Part shown: in pieces, positions 47,518 through 56,790 of the stretch | Layout of the letters: every line of letters begins with the position of its first letter | Numbering within the stretch: position 1 is the stretch's first letter | Assembly (NCBI GenBank): GCA_031429075.1 | Contig: JANOYW010000080.1 | Span: 34,991-98,990 of the forward strand | DNA length: 64,000 bases | From: Bdellovibrionales bacterium | GTDB lineage: Bacteria; Bdellovibrionota; Bdellovibrionia; Bdellovibrionales; JAGQZY01 | Reading direction: 5' to 3' | The notes under the pieces: model-generated | What the model saw: the letters and a program-made list of their open reading frames with translations, nothing else | What the model was told of the DNA's origin: nothing | The model's database searches: none | Translations under genes and position numbers: made by a program

Positions 47518-47979
47518 ATGCGAGCAATGGGCGAATTTCCAGTACACATTCTGACTAAAGGCATCGAAGCTAAAAAGGCATTGATGGCCGAAGGCAAAAC
47601 CGAAGAGGAAATCTCGGCAGCCATTGGCGAAACTTTTAAGTACAGCGAAGGCAAGTTGAAAAACTTTATCACTGCCGTTGGCATCGTTGAGCCTAAAACA
47701 GAAAAACTGTATCGCGTTCGCATTTTTGCTTTTAACGAAGGCGAAAAAGTTCCTGAAAACGCAGTTCAAGTAGAAGAGCTTCACTTTGTTGCAGAGTACT
47801 TTGGCGACAAGCCAACAGGCGCTGCCCCGATCACTGAAAAAGTAAGCCGCAGCGGCGGCGCTAAAAAAGACCGTCCTCGCGGGCCTAAAGCTTCGCCTTG
47901 GGGACTATCTCCTGAAGAAATCAACGCCAAAAAAGAGGCCAGCCTCCGCGCTCAAGCCGCTAAAGCAAAACCCTCTTAA
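47518..47979 (+). CDS. Hypothetical cytoplasmic protein
   Basis: GAGGA RBS, codon usage like the core genes, followed by a terminator. Confidence 0.75.
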   Translation: MRAMGEFPVHILTKGIEAKKALMAEGKTEEEISAAIGETFKYSEGKLKNFITAVGIVEPKTEKLYRVRIFAFNEGEKVPENAVQVEELHFVAEYFGDKPTGAAPITEKVSRSGGAKKDRPRGPKASPWGLSPEEINAKKEASLRAQAAKAKPS

Positions 47980-47989
47980 GGAGGGTTTT
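47967..47989 (+). terminator. Rho-independent terminator
   Basis: AAAACCCTC-TTAAG-GAGGGTTTT inverted repeat at the stop codon. Confidence 0.7.
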
Positions 47990-48321
47990 GCGCAGCCTTA
48001 AGGCGAAGACCTCGTGAGTCTGCTTAAAATCATTAAGAGTACCTTTCCCTTTAATATTACCTGTCGGTGACACGTTCATTTCCAGCAGACGATATGCAGC
48101 GAATACATTATGGCTATTAGATGCTAGAGACTTAATAAAAATTGCAAACAAAAATTCTCAAAATGGGACGTCTGTCAGAAATGAGTTGGGCCCTCTGAAG
48201 AATCTATTGGTGAGTTTCTGAGACACAATTGTCTCTACCTGATTCGCAAGATGAAAAATTCTTTATTACAGGTCTAGGTAGAGTTAACCTAGTTATGTAA
48301 TAAAGTTCATAGGGGGGGATC

Positions 48322-48519
48322 ATGAACGGACTATTATCAAGTCTAGAACAATTGCAGTACGACACGCGACCAGTTGTGTATGCCGCGCTCGCGTTCTATT
48401 CATTTATGAATTATCGATCGGTAGAAATTTTACTCTACTGTGGAATTACGCTGAGCTTTTGTTGTGTTTACGTTCTTCACAAAAGATTCTTTAATCATTC
48501 AACTGTGAATATTAAGTAG
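48322..48519 (+). CDS. Small two-TM membrane protein (65 aa), paralog 1
   Basis: GGGGG RBS; two hydrophobic helices; similar to the next ORF. Confidence 0.7.
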   Translation: MNGLLSSLEQLQYDTRPVVYAALAFYSFMNYRSVEILLYCGITLSFCCVYVLHKRFFNHSTVNIK

Positions 48520-48527
48520 GATGTCCC

Positions 48528-48725
48528 ATGGAACACCTACTTAATTACATCGAACAGGTGCAGTACGAGTCGAGGCCGTTGTTTTATGCTGCCCTTTCTT
48601 TGTATGCGTTTTTATCTAAAGAGGTAACACCCACGGTTTTTGTGTGCGGAGTCATTTTGGCCGTCTGTAGCTTTTATGTATTTAAGATGCGCTATGTTTA
48701 CCGCTCTCAGCTCATGAAGAGATAG
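48528..48725 (+). CDS. Small two-TM membrane protein (65 aa), paralog 2
   Basis: AGGA RBS; EQxQY.(T/S)RP..YAAL..Y.F and CG..L..C..YV shared with paralog 1. Confidence 0.75.
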   Translation: MEHLLNYIEQVQYESRPLFYAALSLYAFLSKEVTPTVFVCGVILAVCSFYVFKMRYVYRSQLMKR

Positions 48726-48757
48726 ACTCCGCATAATTCTTTCGATAGCTTTAGGCC

Positions 48758-49198
48758 ATGGGCATTTGGACAAAATTACGAGCTCTGCCGTCGGCAGCTC
48801 TCGTCGAAAAATCAAGAATCTTTACCATTATTTTAATTTGGGTGCTTGGGTTTATCGTACTGGTCCGCGGCCTGGCGCTGATTCAATTTTTATTGGACCT
48901 CGATTATTCCGAAGTCAACATGGTCCGTTTGATCCAATTTGTTTTTCTTAAAATTTTGATTCTCAGTTTTCTTGGTTACTATATGCGCTTGCTGTGGCTA
49001 CGACCTCACCGCTTGGCTTTGGGATTTTTAATTTTGTTTTGTGTTATCAGTCTTTACCAGTACCGCGATTTAGTTTCTGTGTTCTCGTCGTTGAGCATCG
49101 GGATTATTACCTTCTTACTTTATCTTAAATTGTACGCCTCCGCGAACGACCTCCAAGCGCCCGAGCCTAATGCGGTGCAAATCCCTAGCAATAAATAA
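48758..49198 (+). CDS. Hypothetical 4-TM membrane protein
   Basis: Four hydrophobic segments; fills the gap in the same orientation as its neighbours. Confidence 0.65.
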   Translation: MGIWTKLRALPSAALVEKSRIFTIILIWVLGFIVLVRGLALIQFLLDLDYSEVNMVRLIQFVFLKILILSFLGYYMRLLWLRPHRLALGFLILFCVISLYQYRDLVSVFSSLSIGIITFLLYLKLYASANDLQAPEPNAVQIPSNK

Positions 49199-49255
49199 CC
49201 CCTCAGGTATTTTTAGAGGACTGGGATTTTTAATCCCCCCAGGGAGGGAAGTTAT

Positions 49256-49702
49256 ATGAAGCATGTATTCGCTTTAGTTTTATTTTTTGCAGTGAATGTT
49301 AGTGCCGTGGATGATTACAATTTTACTTGTGATATCGAGAGTGATGTTATTGCAAGTATTCCGGGTTTGAAAAAAGCCCCAGAGAGTCCCGTTGTCGGTT
49401 TGAAAATTAAGGTTATAAAGAGTGAGGTGCCACTGTACCTCATCAAAGCCTCCACTTCGAACGGCGAAAAAAACCTATTTGTCACCGATTGGGTCGCTCC
49501 CACAGAGCTCAGCCAAGAGGGCCTAGATTTGCTGGATCTGTTGTCGTTGTTTAAAGGCATCGATGTTTCAACTCTCGAGTCCCTAAGAGCCGGACTGCCC
49601 ACAGACCTCCTTGATACCTTTGCCTACCTTGAGTTAAAGGATCAGTCGGGAAGCATCTATAAGCTCGGTTTCGACGGGCTTACGATGTATGACTGTCAAT
49701 AG
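49256..49702 (+). CDS. Secreted hypothetical protein
   Basis: GGAGG RBS, signal peptide MKHVFALVLFFAVNVSA, N- and C-terminal Cys. Confidence 0.75.
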   Translation: MKHVFALVLFFAVNVSAVDDYNFTCDIESDVIASIPGLKKAPESPVVGLKIKVIKSEVPLYLIKASTSNGEKNLFVTDWVAPTELSQEGLDLLDLLSLFKGIDVSTLESLRAGLPTDLLDTFAYLELKDQSGSIYKLGFDGLTMYDCQ

Positions 49703-49838
49703 GTAGAACCTGGCTGTCTACAAACTCGACAGCTGTCACGCGCCCTTTGGCAGAGTTGATGCCAAGGGGTACCCAAGTTCGCTATAACCGCCCCCTATAA
49801 GCATGTGGATTGCTATTTCTCTAAGTAGGAGAAATACC

Positions 49839-50723
49839 ATGTTTCAAAGATACTGCATTCAACTGCTTGTTCTGATGTTGCCACTGTCCGCCTTCGCAAG
49901 CGGTAGAAACTATATAAGCAACGGCTTTATAATGTTGCAAGGCTCCAGCGAAACCACCGAGGCCGCACCCCAGGTGGGTGTGTCTGAGGTCACAAGCGCA
50001 TCGGCTGCTGTGGCAGATTCGCCGCAAGCTTTGAGCTCCTCCATTCGCCCTGAAGCGCGCCCGGCAGGGCTCACCACGCAAACCGCTCCACGCAGTACCC
50101 CCGGCCTCTATGATATGCGCGGCTGTACTTACGGACGCGGGTCTACGACGGCTTCGCGCTGTTACGGCTCCATGTCCACAGTGGATCGCGCAAGACGTAT
50201 CATGAACGCTGTAAACTACATTAATAGATTGCACGAAACACACTTCGACGGCCGCTATATGCTTTGCACAGGCTATCGCGAATCCAATTTCAATCCAGGT
50301 GCACGCGGTGCCGACGGCGAACGCGGAATGTTCCAAGTGATGGCCGCCACTGGGCGTGGTGCTCTGAGATATGGCGTTGAGTTGCCAGAGTTCGACCGCA
50401 TGAATAGCGAAAACTACATGACCCGCATGGCAAATAGCACCGTAGCGCAAGTGGAATTATCGTTCCTAGTTTTAAAAATGAAGTTGGCTGAGGCTGCGGC
50501 CGCAAGCAGCACTGTTGGCAGGACTCTACAAACACGTATCATGTCGGGCAACGGATCGGTGGATCACTACCGGACTTTGGCGGGCAAATACAACGGTGGC
50601 GGCTACAATTCCACCTATGCACGAAAGATCTCTTCCTGTTATAGTTGCTTACGAGGAAAAATGTCGGCCACAGCAACCAACATCGGTACCGAAATTCAAA
50701 GCTGTTTAAACAAAGCGAAGTAA
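49839..50723 (+). CDS. Secreted lytic transglycosylase (SLT/lysozyme-like) protein
   Basis: Signal peptide, S/T/A/P linker, RESNFNPGA (catalytic Glu), GMFQVM, KYNGG; AGGAG RBS before ATG 49839. Confidence 0.75.
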   Translation: MFQRYCIQLLVLMLPLSAFASGRNYISNGFIMLQGSSETTEAAPQVGVSEVTSASAAVADSPQALSSSIRPEARPAGLTTQTAPRSTPGLYDMRGCTYGRGSTTASRCYGSMSTVDRARRIMNAVNYINRLHETHFDGRYMLCTGYRESNFNPGARGADGERGMFQVMAATGRGALRYGVELPEFDRMNSENYMTRMANSTVAQVELSFLVLKMKLAEAAAASSTVGRTLQTRIMSGNGSVDHYRTLAGKYNGGGYNSTYARKISSCYSCLRGKMSATATNIGTEIQSCLNKAK

Positions 50724-50732
50724 GGAATAATT

Positions 50733-51218
50733 ATGCGCATGATCACACTCACTGTTTTATTGATTTCGAATGTTTGTTTTGCAAAAAGCAGTTTGCTGAT
50801 TGGAGCTAGCACCAGCGACAGCTACTTAGCCGACGTGGTCGCAAGCAACCCCATGCAGGTGATTGTGCAAAATCAGCAGTCACAAAAAAGCGAAATCATT
50901 AATTTTGAAAACACAGTCAGCGATCTTAAAAAGCTCACTATTAAAAAATCCAATTCTACAAATTCCATGGAATTATTGCTGGTTGTATTAACGGTGGCAG
51001 ATAAAGAGCAATCGGTATTGGTGTTCGATTTGCAAAAATCCAACAGCTCACTTTGCAAGCTCAGCAACGAAGGTGATTTTTCGTGGACCGACGACCAAGA
51101 CCTCATGTCTCGTGTTCGCATAGCCAGTAAAAATCAAAAAGAAGTCCTCCAATTCAAAATCGGCAACCGCAAAACCGGCAGCACAAAATTCTCCTGGATT
51201 AATTGCGGCGTTATTTAA
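50733..51218 (+). CDS. Secreted hypothetical protein
   Basis: AAGGA RBS 9 nt after the SLT stop; signal peptide ending CFA; two mature Cys. Confidence 0.7.
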   Translation: MRMITLTVLLISNVCFAKSSLLIGASTSDSYLADVVASNPMQVIVQNQQSQKSEIINFENTVSDLKKLTIKKSNSTNSMELLLVVLTVADKEQSVLVFDLQKSNSSLCKLSNEGDFSWTDDQDLMSRVRIASKNQKEVLQFKIGNRKTGSTKFSWINCGVI

Positions 51219-51221
51219 CTG

Positions 51222-52028
51222 CTATTTAGTTGTTAAAAAAGACGCTATTTCTTTTTTGTAGGCGTCGGGAAATAGTTTAAGCCCATCCAGATGGTGGGCG
51301 TTCGAAATGCTCCACACTTTAATGTTTAAATTTGAATGATCTTTAAAAATACCGTCAATATTTTTTGCAAACACCAATGGATCGAGCTTGCCGCGAATGG
51401 AGAGAATGGGAGTGTTCTTTTTCCATTTGCGCAAAGCTTTTTGTGACCTGCGAAACGCTGTGGGCCCCCATAACAATACAGACACGGTGGTAAATAAAGC
51501 GCGTAGCGGGGCGGTGGGAATATGCCAGATCTGCGTGAGCAGGCGATAGGTGCATTGCCAAACTTCTTTAAACGGACCGCTGTCGCAAATAAGATGAGTG
51601 ACGTCTGTTCGCTGGGAGCCTGCGATAATTCCTGCAATGGAGGGGCCCGACATGGCAAAAATAATTTTACTGCCGTCAACGGAATCGAGCACGTCTTGCA
51701 CTTGCTCCACCCAAACTTGATGCATAAATTGAAAGTATTTAAAAATACCAAAGGGATGGGGATCTTTGATGGAGCTGGCTCGGTAGAGATTAAAGGTGAC
51801 GCAGTTAAAACCCAGATCGTTAAACAACTGAACATGGCGATGCAAAATGCGGTGGTTGCCCCACATATTATGAATGAGAACCACTGTTGATATTTCAGTA
51901 GACTTTACGGTTGTGTTGTCTGTGGGATTACTTGGCCCTTTGCCAGGCGTCCAATAAATGAGAGTCCCACGACGGGTGATTTTTTTTCCGACCGTCGCTT
52001 TTAATTCTTGTTCCAAAGTTGTTGCCAA
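51222..52028 (-). CDS. Alpha/beta hydrolase-fold protein
   Basis: VVLIHNMWG, IFAMSGP nucleophile elbow, ICDSGP, IRGKLDPLV, AHHLDG; start uncertain. Confidence 0.7.
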   Translation of the reverse strand: MATTLEQELKATVGKKITRRGTLIYWTPGKGPSNPTDNTTVKSTEISTVVLIHNMWGNHRILHRHVQLFNDLGFNCVTFNLYRASSIKDPHPFGIFKYFQFMHQVWVEQVQDVLDSVDGSKIIFAMSGPSIAGIIAGSQRTDVTHLICDSGPFKEVWQCTYRLLTQIWHIPTAPLRALFTTVSVLLWGPTAFRRSQKALRKWKKNTPILSIRGKLDPLVFAKNIDGIFKDHSNLNIKVWSISNAHHLDGLKLFPDAYKKEIASFLTTK

Positions 52029-54811
52029 TCTGTACCACTACTCAAACCGGCATTATCGCTGGCTTGTGAGGTTTGTTCCAAAACACTGGTGGTCAGGCGC
52101 ACAGATTCCATGGCAGTTTCCGAAAGTACTTTTCCGCAGGCTTCCAAAATCGCTTCACTGTCGATGTTGTGGTAGTGGTAAATATCCACAGGTCGTCCGC
52201 ACTTGGAATGCTTGCGCACAGCCAAAGCTTCTTGTTTTACGCCCACAACGCTGCCGAGATTATCCAGCAAGCCAGGTTCGCCATCATGCACACTTACAAT
52301 GGGAATTCGGCGGCCCGAAAGAGTGATGATTTCTCCTTGAGTGGAGTGCCCATTGAGTGCTGGCTGCAAGTAAAGATCGCCCGAAATTCCGAGCTCGGTT
52401 TTTAACAACGCATAACTGTTTTGGTGAGCCAGAGTTCCGCACAATAAATCCGAAGACGTCACAACAATCACGTTGCCGTAAATGCCACGGGCCAAAAGAT
52501 TTTCCGAGGCCGCGACAGCTTCGGTCACTAAGGAGCCCATACAAAAAATATTCACCACGTTGTCGCCGGGTTCGTAATTTTGATAACCGCGGTAATCCAC
52601 CAGGTAATAAGCCCCGCGCAAAACATCCGCGCGCATGGCTTGCATAATGTCGGCATCAGTAATGGATTCAAGGCTGGCTTCGTCCACAGCTCCCTCAAGA
52701 GGATAGGCCGATAGGCACAGTTTTGTTTGCTCGTCGAAATTGATTTTAAAGCGCGTTTGTTTTTTAAGATTTTGTAACCAAATTTTTTGGTCAATCCCGC
52801 GAGTCACACCGCGAATCAAAACACCGCTTCGCCCTTCGTTGTCGCCCGTCATATGACGGCGAACAGCGTCCGATAAAATCCAATCCAGCTCTTGGCAAAA
52901 AGCCGGCTCCCAGGTGATTTGATTGGGAATTTGAAAGTCGGACTTCCAACCGTGCTGCGCGCCTTCAGGAGATAGCGTCACGCCCGATGGTGTGCCCACC
53001 AAAATAAAACTGGATTTCCAGTAAAGATTGTAAAAGTATTGATCCAGCGCCCGCTTAATAAAAAAATCGTACACGGTCATCAGCGGAAGAATTGGGATTC
53101 CCAATTGATCGCGCAACTTTCCGTAGGAGCCAGCGCAGGACATGGTGTTGGCTTCCACAATTTCAAAACGTAAAAAGCGATCCGAGTTATCTTCGCCAGG
53201 AATTAAATCTGGCGATTTGGTGTCCTTCACTCCGAGTTCAGTCTCAAGATCCTGCACCACTTGAGCGCCAAAGATTTTTCCGTCCATGGCTGGATTGAGG
53301 TTGGTGCTTGTGCCCACATCGGGGGCCATGGTGGTGAGCATCTCTGCCGGAAGTTTCCAGCGAACCTCTTCTTCGGTGAGAGATTTTTGCCCGTCTTTGA
53401 TTTTAGCGGCCATGCGATGGGTGTTGGCAATTCGCGTAAGCTTCGCTGTGCACTGTCCAAGCATCCACTGCGTGTGGGGCTGGTTGGCCATTTTAAAATT
53501 GATGTTTAAAGAGTCCGGGATGCCGCCATCTTTTTCCATTTGCGTTTGGAATTGCTGCCAGTTTTTTTCTTTCAATTTTTTCTGATCGGCGATTTCGTTG
53601 TAAAGTTTTTGGCCGCGCTCACTTAAAAATTTTCCCGCAGGAGTTTTAGCTTCAAAGCCTGCAAACAGAGTCGTGCCGCTTAAACCTTGCGTTTTTTGTA
53701 ACTGATCCATTTCTTCTTGATCGGGGAGTGCCGAGTGATTGCTCTGCGACGCCGCCATGTCTAGGCCCCAGCCCTTGAGGGTATGGGCGATGATGATCGT
53801 TGGCTGCTGCGTGGTTTTTTTACTTTTCTCAAGCGCTTCGGCCACCGCCATAATGTCGTGGCCGCCAAAATCGCGAAGGGCGAAATATAAATCATCTTCC
53901 GACGTGGTCTTTAAAAAGTCTTTCAGTTGCGTAAAGCGATTTTGCATTTCGGTTTTTAAAACTTTTTTATCTTTCACGAGCAACAGAGACTGCAAGGTGT
54001 AGTCGTCCATATCGATTTCTAAAAGTTTTTGAAACGCATCGCCACCTTTGGTTTTAAACAGGGCCAAACGTTTTTGGCCGTGGCGAAGTTGAATCACTTC
54101 CCAGCCGTTGGCTGCCATGGTGCGCTCGATGCGGTCTGCATCCGTACCATTCATGATGTTTTTGTTCACCATGCGGTGACCATCTAAACTCTGGCGATTG
54201 TAGTCCACAATCCAGGTTAGGTTGCCGATTTCGCGCTCGGCAAAATCAGGCGTGGCTTCAAACAGCGAGCCTTCACGAAACTCAGAGTCGCCAAGGATGC
54301 ACCAAAAATGCGCGTCGGGAACATTGTAGCCGTGTTTTTTAGCAAACCGATACGCAAGGGCCAAGTAACCCGCATTCACTTGCGGAATGCCTACGGTGCC
54401 CGTTGGCAAAAAGTTGTGGTTATCAGAGTCGTAAGCCGAGTGATACGACTGAAACACATAGGGGTTGTCTTCTGTGGCGTAAGCTCGAAGACCCATCATC
54501 GCCTGGTTTTTTTCGTCGGTGCTCAGGCGAGAACCATCGGGTTTTAAAAATAAATCCAAAAGATAATTAAAGGAATGATCAGCGGGAGACGCATGGGGTT
54601 TGTTGGCAATGTAATCAAAACCTGTTTTTGCAATCATGTGAATGGCGCCGAGAATATGCAGAGAGCTTGAACTCGCCGAAGAGTGGCCGCCAATTTTAGG
54701 ATCACCCGGTAGTTTATCTTTTCGATGATTGGCCTGAAAAATCATTTGATTTGCCAGGTAGTGGGCCCGCAAGCAGATCTGATCCAAGACGTCTTTAGAA
54801 ACACCCTTCAT
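52001..54811 (-). CDS. aceE: Pyruvate dehydrogenase E1 component (AceE-type, homodimeric)
   Basis: KIGGHSS, KPHASP, FQSYH, GDSEFREG..VDYNRQSLDG ThDP motif, TLKGWG, TPSGVTLSPEGAQH. Confidence 0.85.
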   Translation of the reverse strand: MKGVSKDVLDQICLRAHYLANQMIFQANHRKDKLPGDPKIGGHSSASSSSLHILGAIHMIAKTGFDYIANKPHASPADHSFNYLLDLFLKPDGSRLSTDEKNQAMMGLRAYATEDNPYVFQSYHSAYDSDNHNFLPTGTVGIPQVNAGYLALAYRFAKKHGYNVPDAHFWCILGDSEFREGSLFEATPDFAEREIGNLTWIVDYNRQSLDGHRMVNKNIMNGTDADRIERTMAANGWEVIQLRHGQKRLALFKTKGGDAFQKLLEIDMDDYTLQSLLLVKDKKVLKTEMQNRFTQLKDFLKTTSEDDLYFALRDFGGHDIMAVAEALEKSKKTTQQPTIIIAHTLKGWGLDMAASQSNHSALPDQEEMDQLQKTQGLSGTTLFAGFEAKTPAGKFLSERGQKLYNEIADQKKLKEKNWQQFQTQMEKDGGIPDSLNINFKMANQPHTQWMLGQCTAKLTRIANTHRMAAKIKDGQKSLTEEEVRWKLPAEMLTTMAPDVGTSTNLNPAMDGKIFGAQVVQDLETELGVKDTKSPDLIPGEDNSDRFLRFEIVEANTMSCAGSYGKLRDQLGIPILPLMTVYDFFIKRALDQYFYNLYWKSSFILVGTPSGVTLSPEGAQHGWKSDFQIPNQITWEPAFCQELDWILSDAVRRHMTGDNEGRSGVLIRGVTRGIDQKIWLQNLKKQTRFKINFDEQTKLCLSAYPLEGAVDEASLESITDADIMQAMRADVLRGAYYLVDYRGYQNYEPGDNVVNIFCMGSLVTEAVAASENLLARGIYGNVIVVTSSDLLCGTLAHQNSYALLKTELGISGDLYLQPALNGHSTQGEIITLSGRRIPIVSVHDGEPGLLDNLGSVVGVKQEALAVRKHSKCGRPVDIYHYHNIDSEAILEACGKVLSETAMESVRLTTSVLEQTSQASDNAGLSSGTDWQQLWNKN

Positions 54812-54901
54812 AACGCACTCCGTAATTTTAGGCTAAGCCTGTCGTTTATTATTGGCCGGTTATAGCACTGCTTAGGGCAACAGTGAATAGTCTTTTCTGA
54901 C

Positions 54902-55876
54902 CTACGACTCCAAAATAAAGTCCCAATTGAGGGTTACAAAACCCTCGCGAACGAGATCTTTTGGCGGATTTGGAAATTGCGCAGCTTCTTGCAGGGCTTC
55001 AACAGCAGCGTCATCTAAATCCTCAAGGCCCGAAGTGGTGGAAACCTGCACTCGTCGCAAGACTCCGCTCTCATCCAAGGTGATAATTACGCGGGTCGAA
55101 AGAGTTGTTTCAACGGAAGCAATTTCTCGCCCCTTTTTCACCATGGATTTGACCTTAGCGTGAACCATGGGTTCCCAATGCTGGCGCAATTTCTTTTTAA
55201 TGCGGTTGAAATACGAGTAATACAAAAACTCGCGAGTGTTGAGATGGGTTTCTGCGCCAATCGCCACGTCTTTTAAGTGATCGCTGGTTTGGCTAAGCAT
55301 GGAGTTGGCCGACATCTCTTGCATGGTGTTAGGTCGCAAATCAGCCACGGTCTTCGCTTTTGTGACCTTTTTTTGTGGCTCTTGTTTATCGTTTTGTACC
55401 ACCGGCATATCGCCGTTTTCGAAAGTTTTCATCGGCTCAGACGACGAATTGGATTTTTCGGTTTTCGCGGTTTCGCTCGGTGCTTGAGGAGGTGGCGGTG
55501 GAGCAAACTGTTGTGATGTGGCGGCCTGGGTTTGTTTATTTTGAAATTCGCCGTGGCGTGGGGCGCGGGTTTCTTTTTCCACACTTTTATCCACTTTACT
55601 TACAAACTTGGCATCTTTGGGTTTTTCGTTAGCTTTCTCGTCTTCGCTCTGTTCAACGAGCTTGCCATTATCCATGGCGGAAATATCGAGAAATTGTATG
55701 TCCGGCGTCGTCTCGTGTTTTACGACCACGGGCGGTTGGTTTTTAAAATACACTTGGTAAGTGTAAAAGCTCGCAAGAAGAAAAATATGGAGCAATGCTG
55801 AGATGACTAAAAATGAGACACTTCGCAGTCGGCTTTTAGAAGTTGAAGAATGTCTCTGAGTTTTCGCATTTTCCAT
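54902..55876 (-). CDS. TonB family protein
   Basis: N-terminal TM with SxxxH (ISALLH), Pro/charged linker, C-terminal TLNTRE..YF.RIK..W...SG..LDDAAVEA..FPNPP. Confidence 0.88.
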   Translation of the reverse strand: MENAKTQRHSSTSKSRLRSVSFLVISALLHIFLLASFYTYQVYFKNQPPVVVKHETTPDIQFLDISAMDNGKLVEQSEDEKANEKPKDAKFVSKVDKSVEKETRAPRHGEFQNKQTQAATSQQFAPPPPPQAPSETAKTEKSNSSSEPMKTFENGDMPVVQNDKQEPQKKVTKAKTVADLRPNTMQEMSANSMLSQTSDHLKDVAIGAETHLNTREFLYYSYFNRIKKKLRQHWEPMVHAKVKSMVKKGREIASVETTLSTRVIITLDESGVLRRVQVSTTSGLEDLDDAAVEALQEAAQFPNPPKDLVREGFVTLNWDFILES

Positions 55877-55979
55877 AAAACTTATTCGGAGGCGAACCGT
55901 GATTACTCAAGACGAGTCTAGGAATAATTCTACATTTCTCTTTGTTTTATTGCCGACTCTCCCCTAAAATAGGACCCAT

Positions 55980-56723
55980 ATGGAAATAACTTTGACATCT
56001 TTCGGACAAACCGACGTCGGCCTGAGACGGCTTAAAAACGAAGACTCGTTTTTAGTGGACGATGAGCTGAAACTCTTTGTGGTGGCGGATGGCATGGGGG
56101 GGCACAAGGGTGGGGACCTCGCATCCTCCATGGCCGTGGATGTGTTGCGCAGCTCGCTGTCTCATAATCTAACAAAAAATCCCAGCATGTTTTCCCCACG
56201 CGAAGCCTTGATGGATGGTTATTCCCAGGCGAGTTTGCAAATTTATAATAAAAGTCATCTCGATCAGCCTGAGCTGCAAGGAATGGGTACCACCCTGGTG
56301 TCGGCCTTTTATTTTTCGGGCTCTATCTATATAGGCAATGTTGGTGATTCGCGAGCTTACCTGGTGCGCGACAATAAAATGTGGCAGATGACCGAAGACC
56401 ACTCTCTTCTCAACGAGCATATCCGCGCTGGCTTTATTCGCGATGTGGATGTTTCGCAGTTTCAGGCAAAAAATGTGATCACGCGGAGTGTGGGTTTTGA
56501 GCGCGATGCCCTTTGCGATGTGATCGAGCGCCGAGTGTCCCCCGGGGACCGCTATGTGATGTGTTCGGATGGATTGTGCGGACTGGTAAAGCCCGAACGA
56601 CTTCAGGCCCTTTGTCAGATCCAGGACCTTCACGAAGCCACAAGCAAGTGCATCGAAGAGGCGAAGAAGAATGGTGGGGACGACAACATAACGGTGGTGA
56701 TCGTTGACGCCTCGGGACGTTAA
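55980..56723 (+). CDS. PP2C-type Ser/Thr phosphatase (Stp1/IreP family)
   Basis: TDVG.RR..NED, VADGMGGH, GMGTT, VGDSRAY, TEDHS, CSDGL, GGDDNIT. Confidence 0.95.
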   Translation: MEITLTSFGQTDVGLRRLKNEDSFLVDDELKLFVVADGMGGHKGGDLASSMAVDVLRSSLSHNLTKNPSMFSPREALMDGYSQASLQIYNKSHLDQPELQGMGTTLVSAFYFSGSIYIGNVGDSRAYLVRDNKMWQMTEDHSLLNEHIRAGFIRDVDVSQFQAKNVITRSVGFERDALCDVIERRVSPGDRYVMCSDGLCGLVKPERLQALCQIQDLHEATSKCIEEAKKNGGDDNITVVIVDASGR

Positions 56724-56790
56724 TCCATCTTTTTGTTTATTTAGTAAGACTCTGCTCAACAGAAAATCTAAACAATGGTAGGCTTGGTTT

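Noticed and set aside
49748-49762. Sigma54 promoter for the SLT gene (TGGCAGAGTTGATGC)
   Set aside because: Spacing fits but the -12 box is ATGC, and the site lies inside an inverted repeat (CCCTTTGGCA/TGCCAAGGGG) that explains the sequence equally well.
27436-56759. Long antisense/shadow ORFs (27436-28014, 38599-39000, 41011-41559, 47313-47723, 49821-50450, 56169-56759 and similar)
   Set aside because: They lie opposite or within well-supported genes and have no motifs or RBS.
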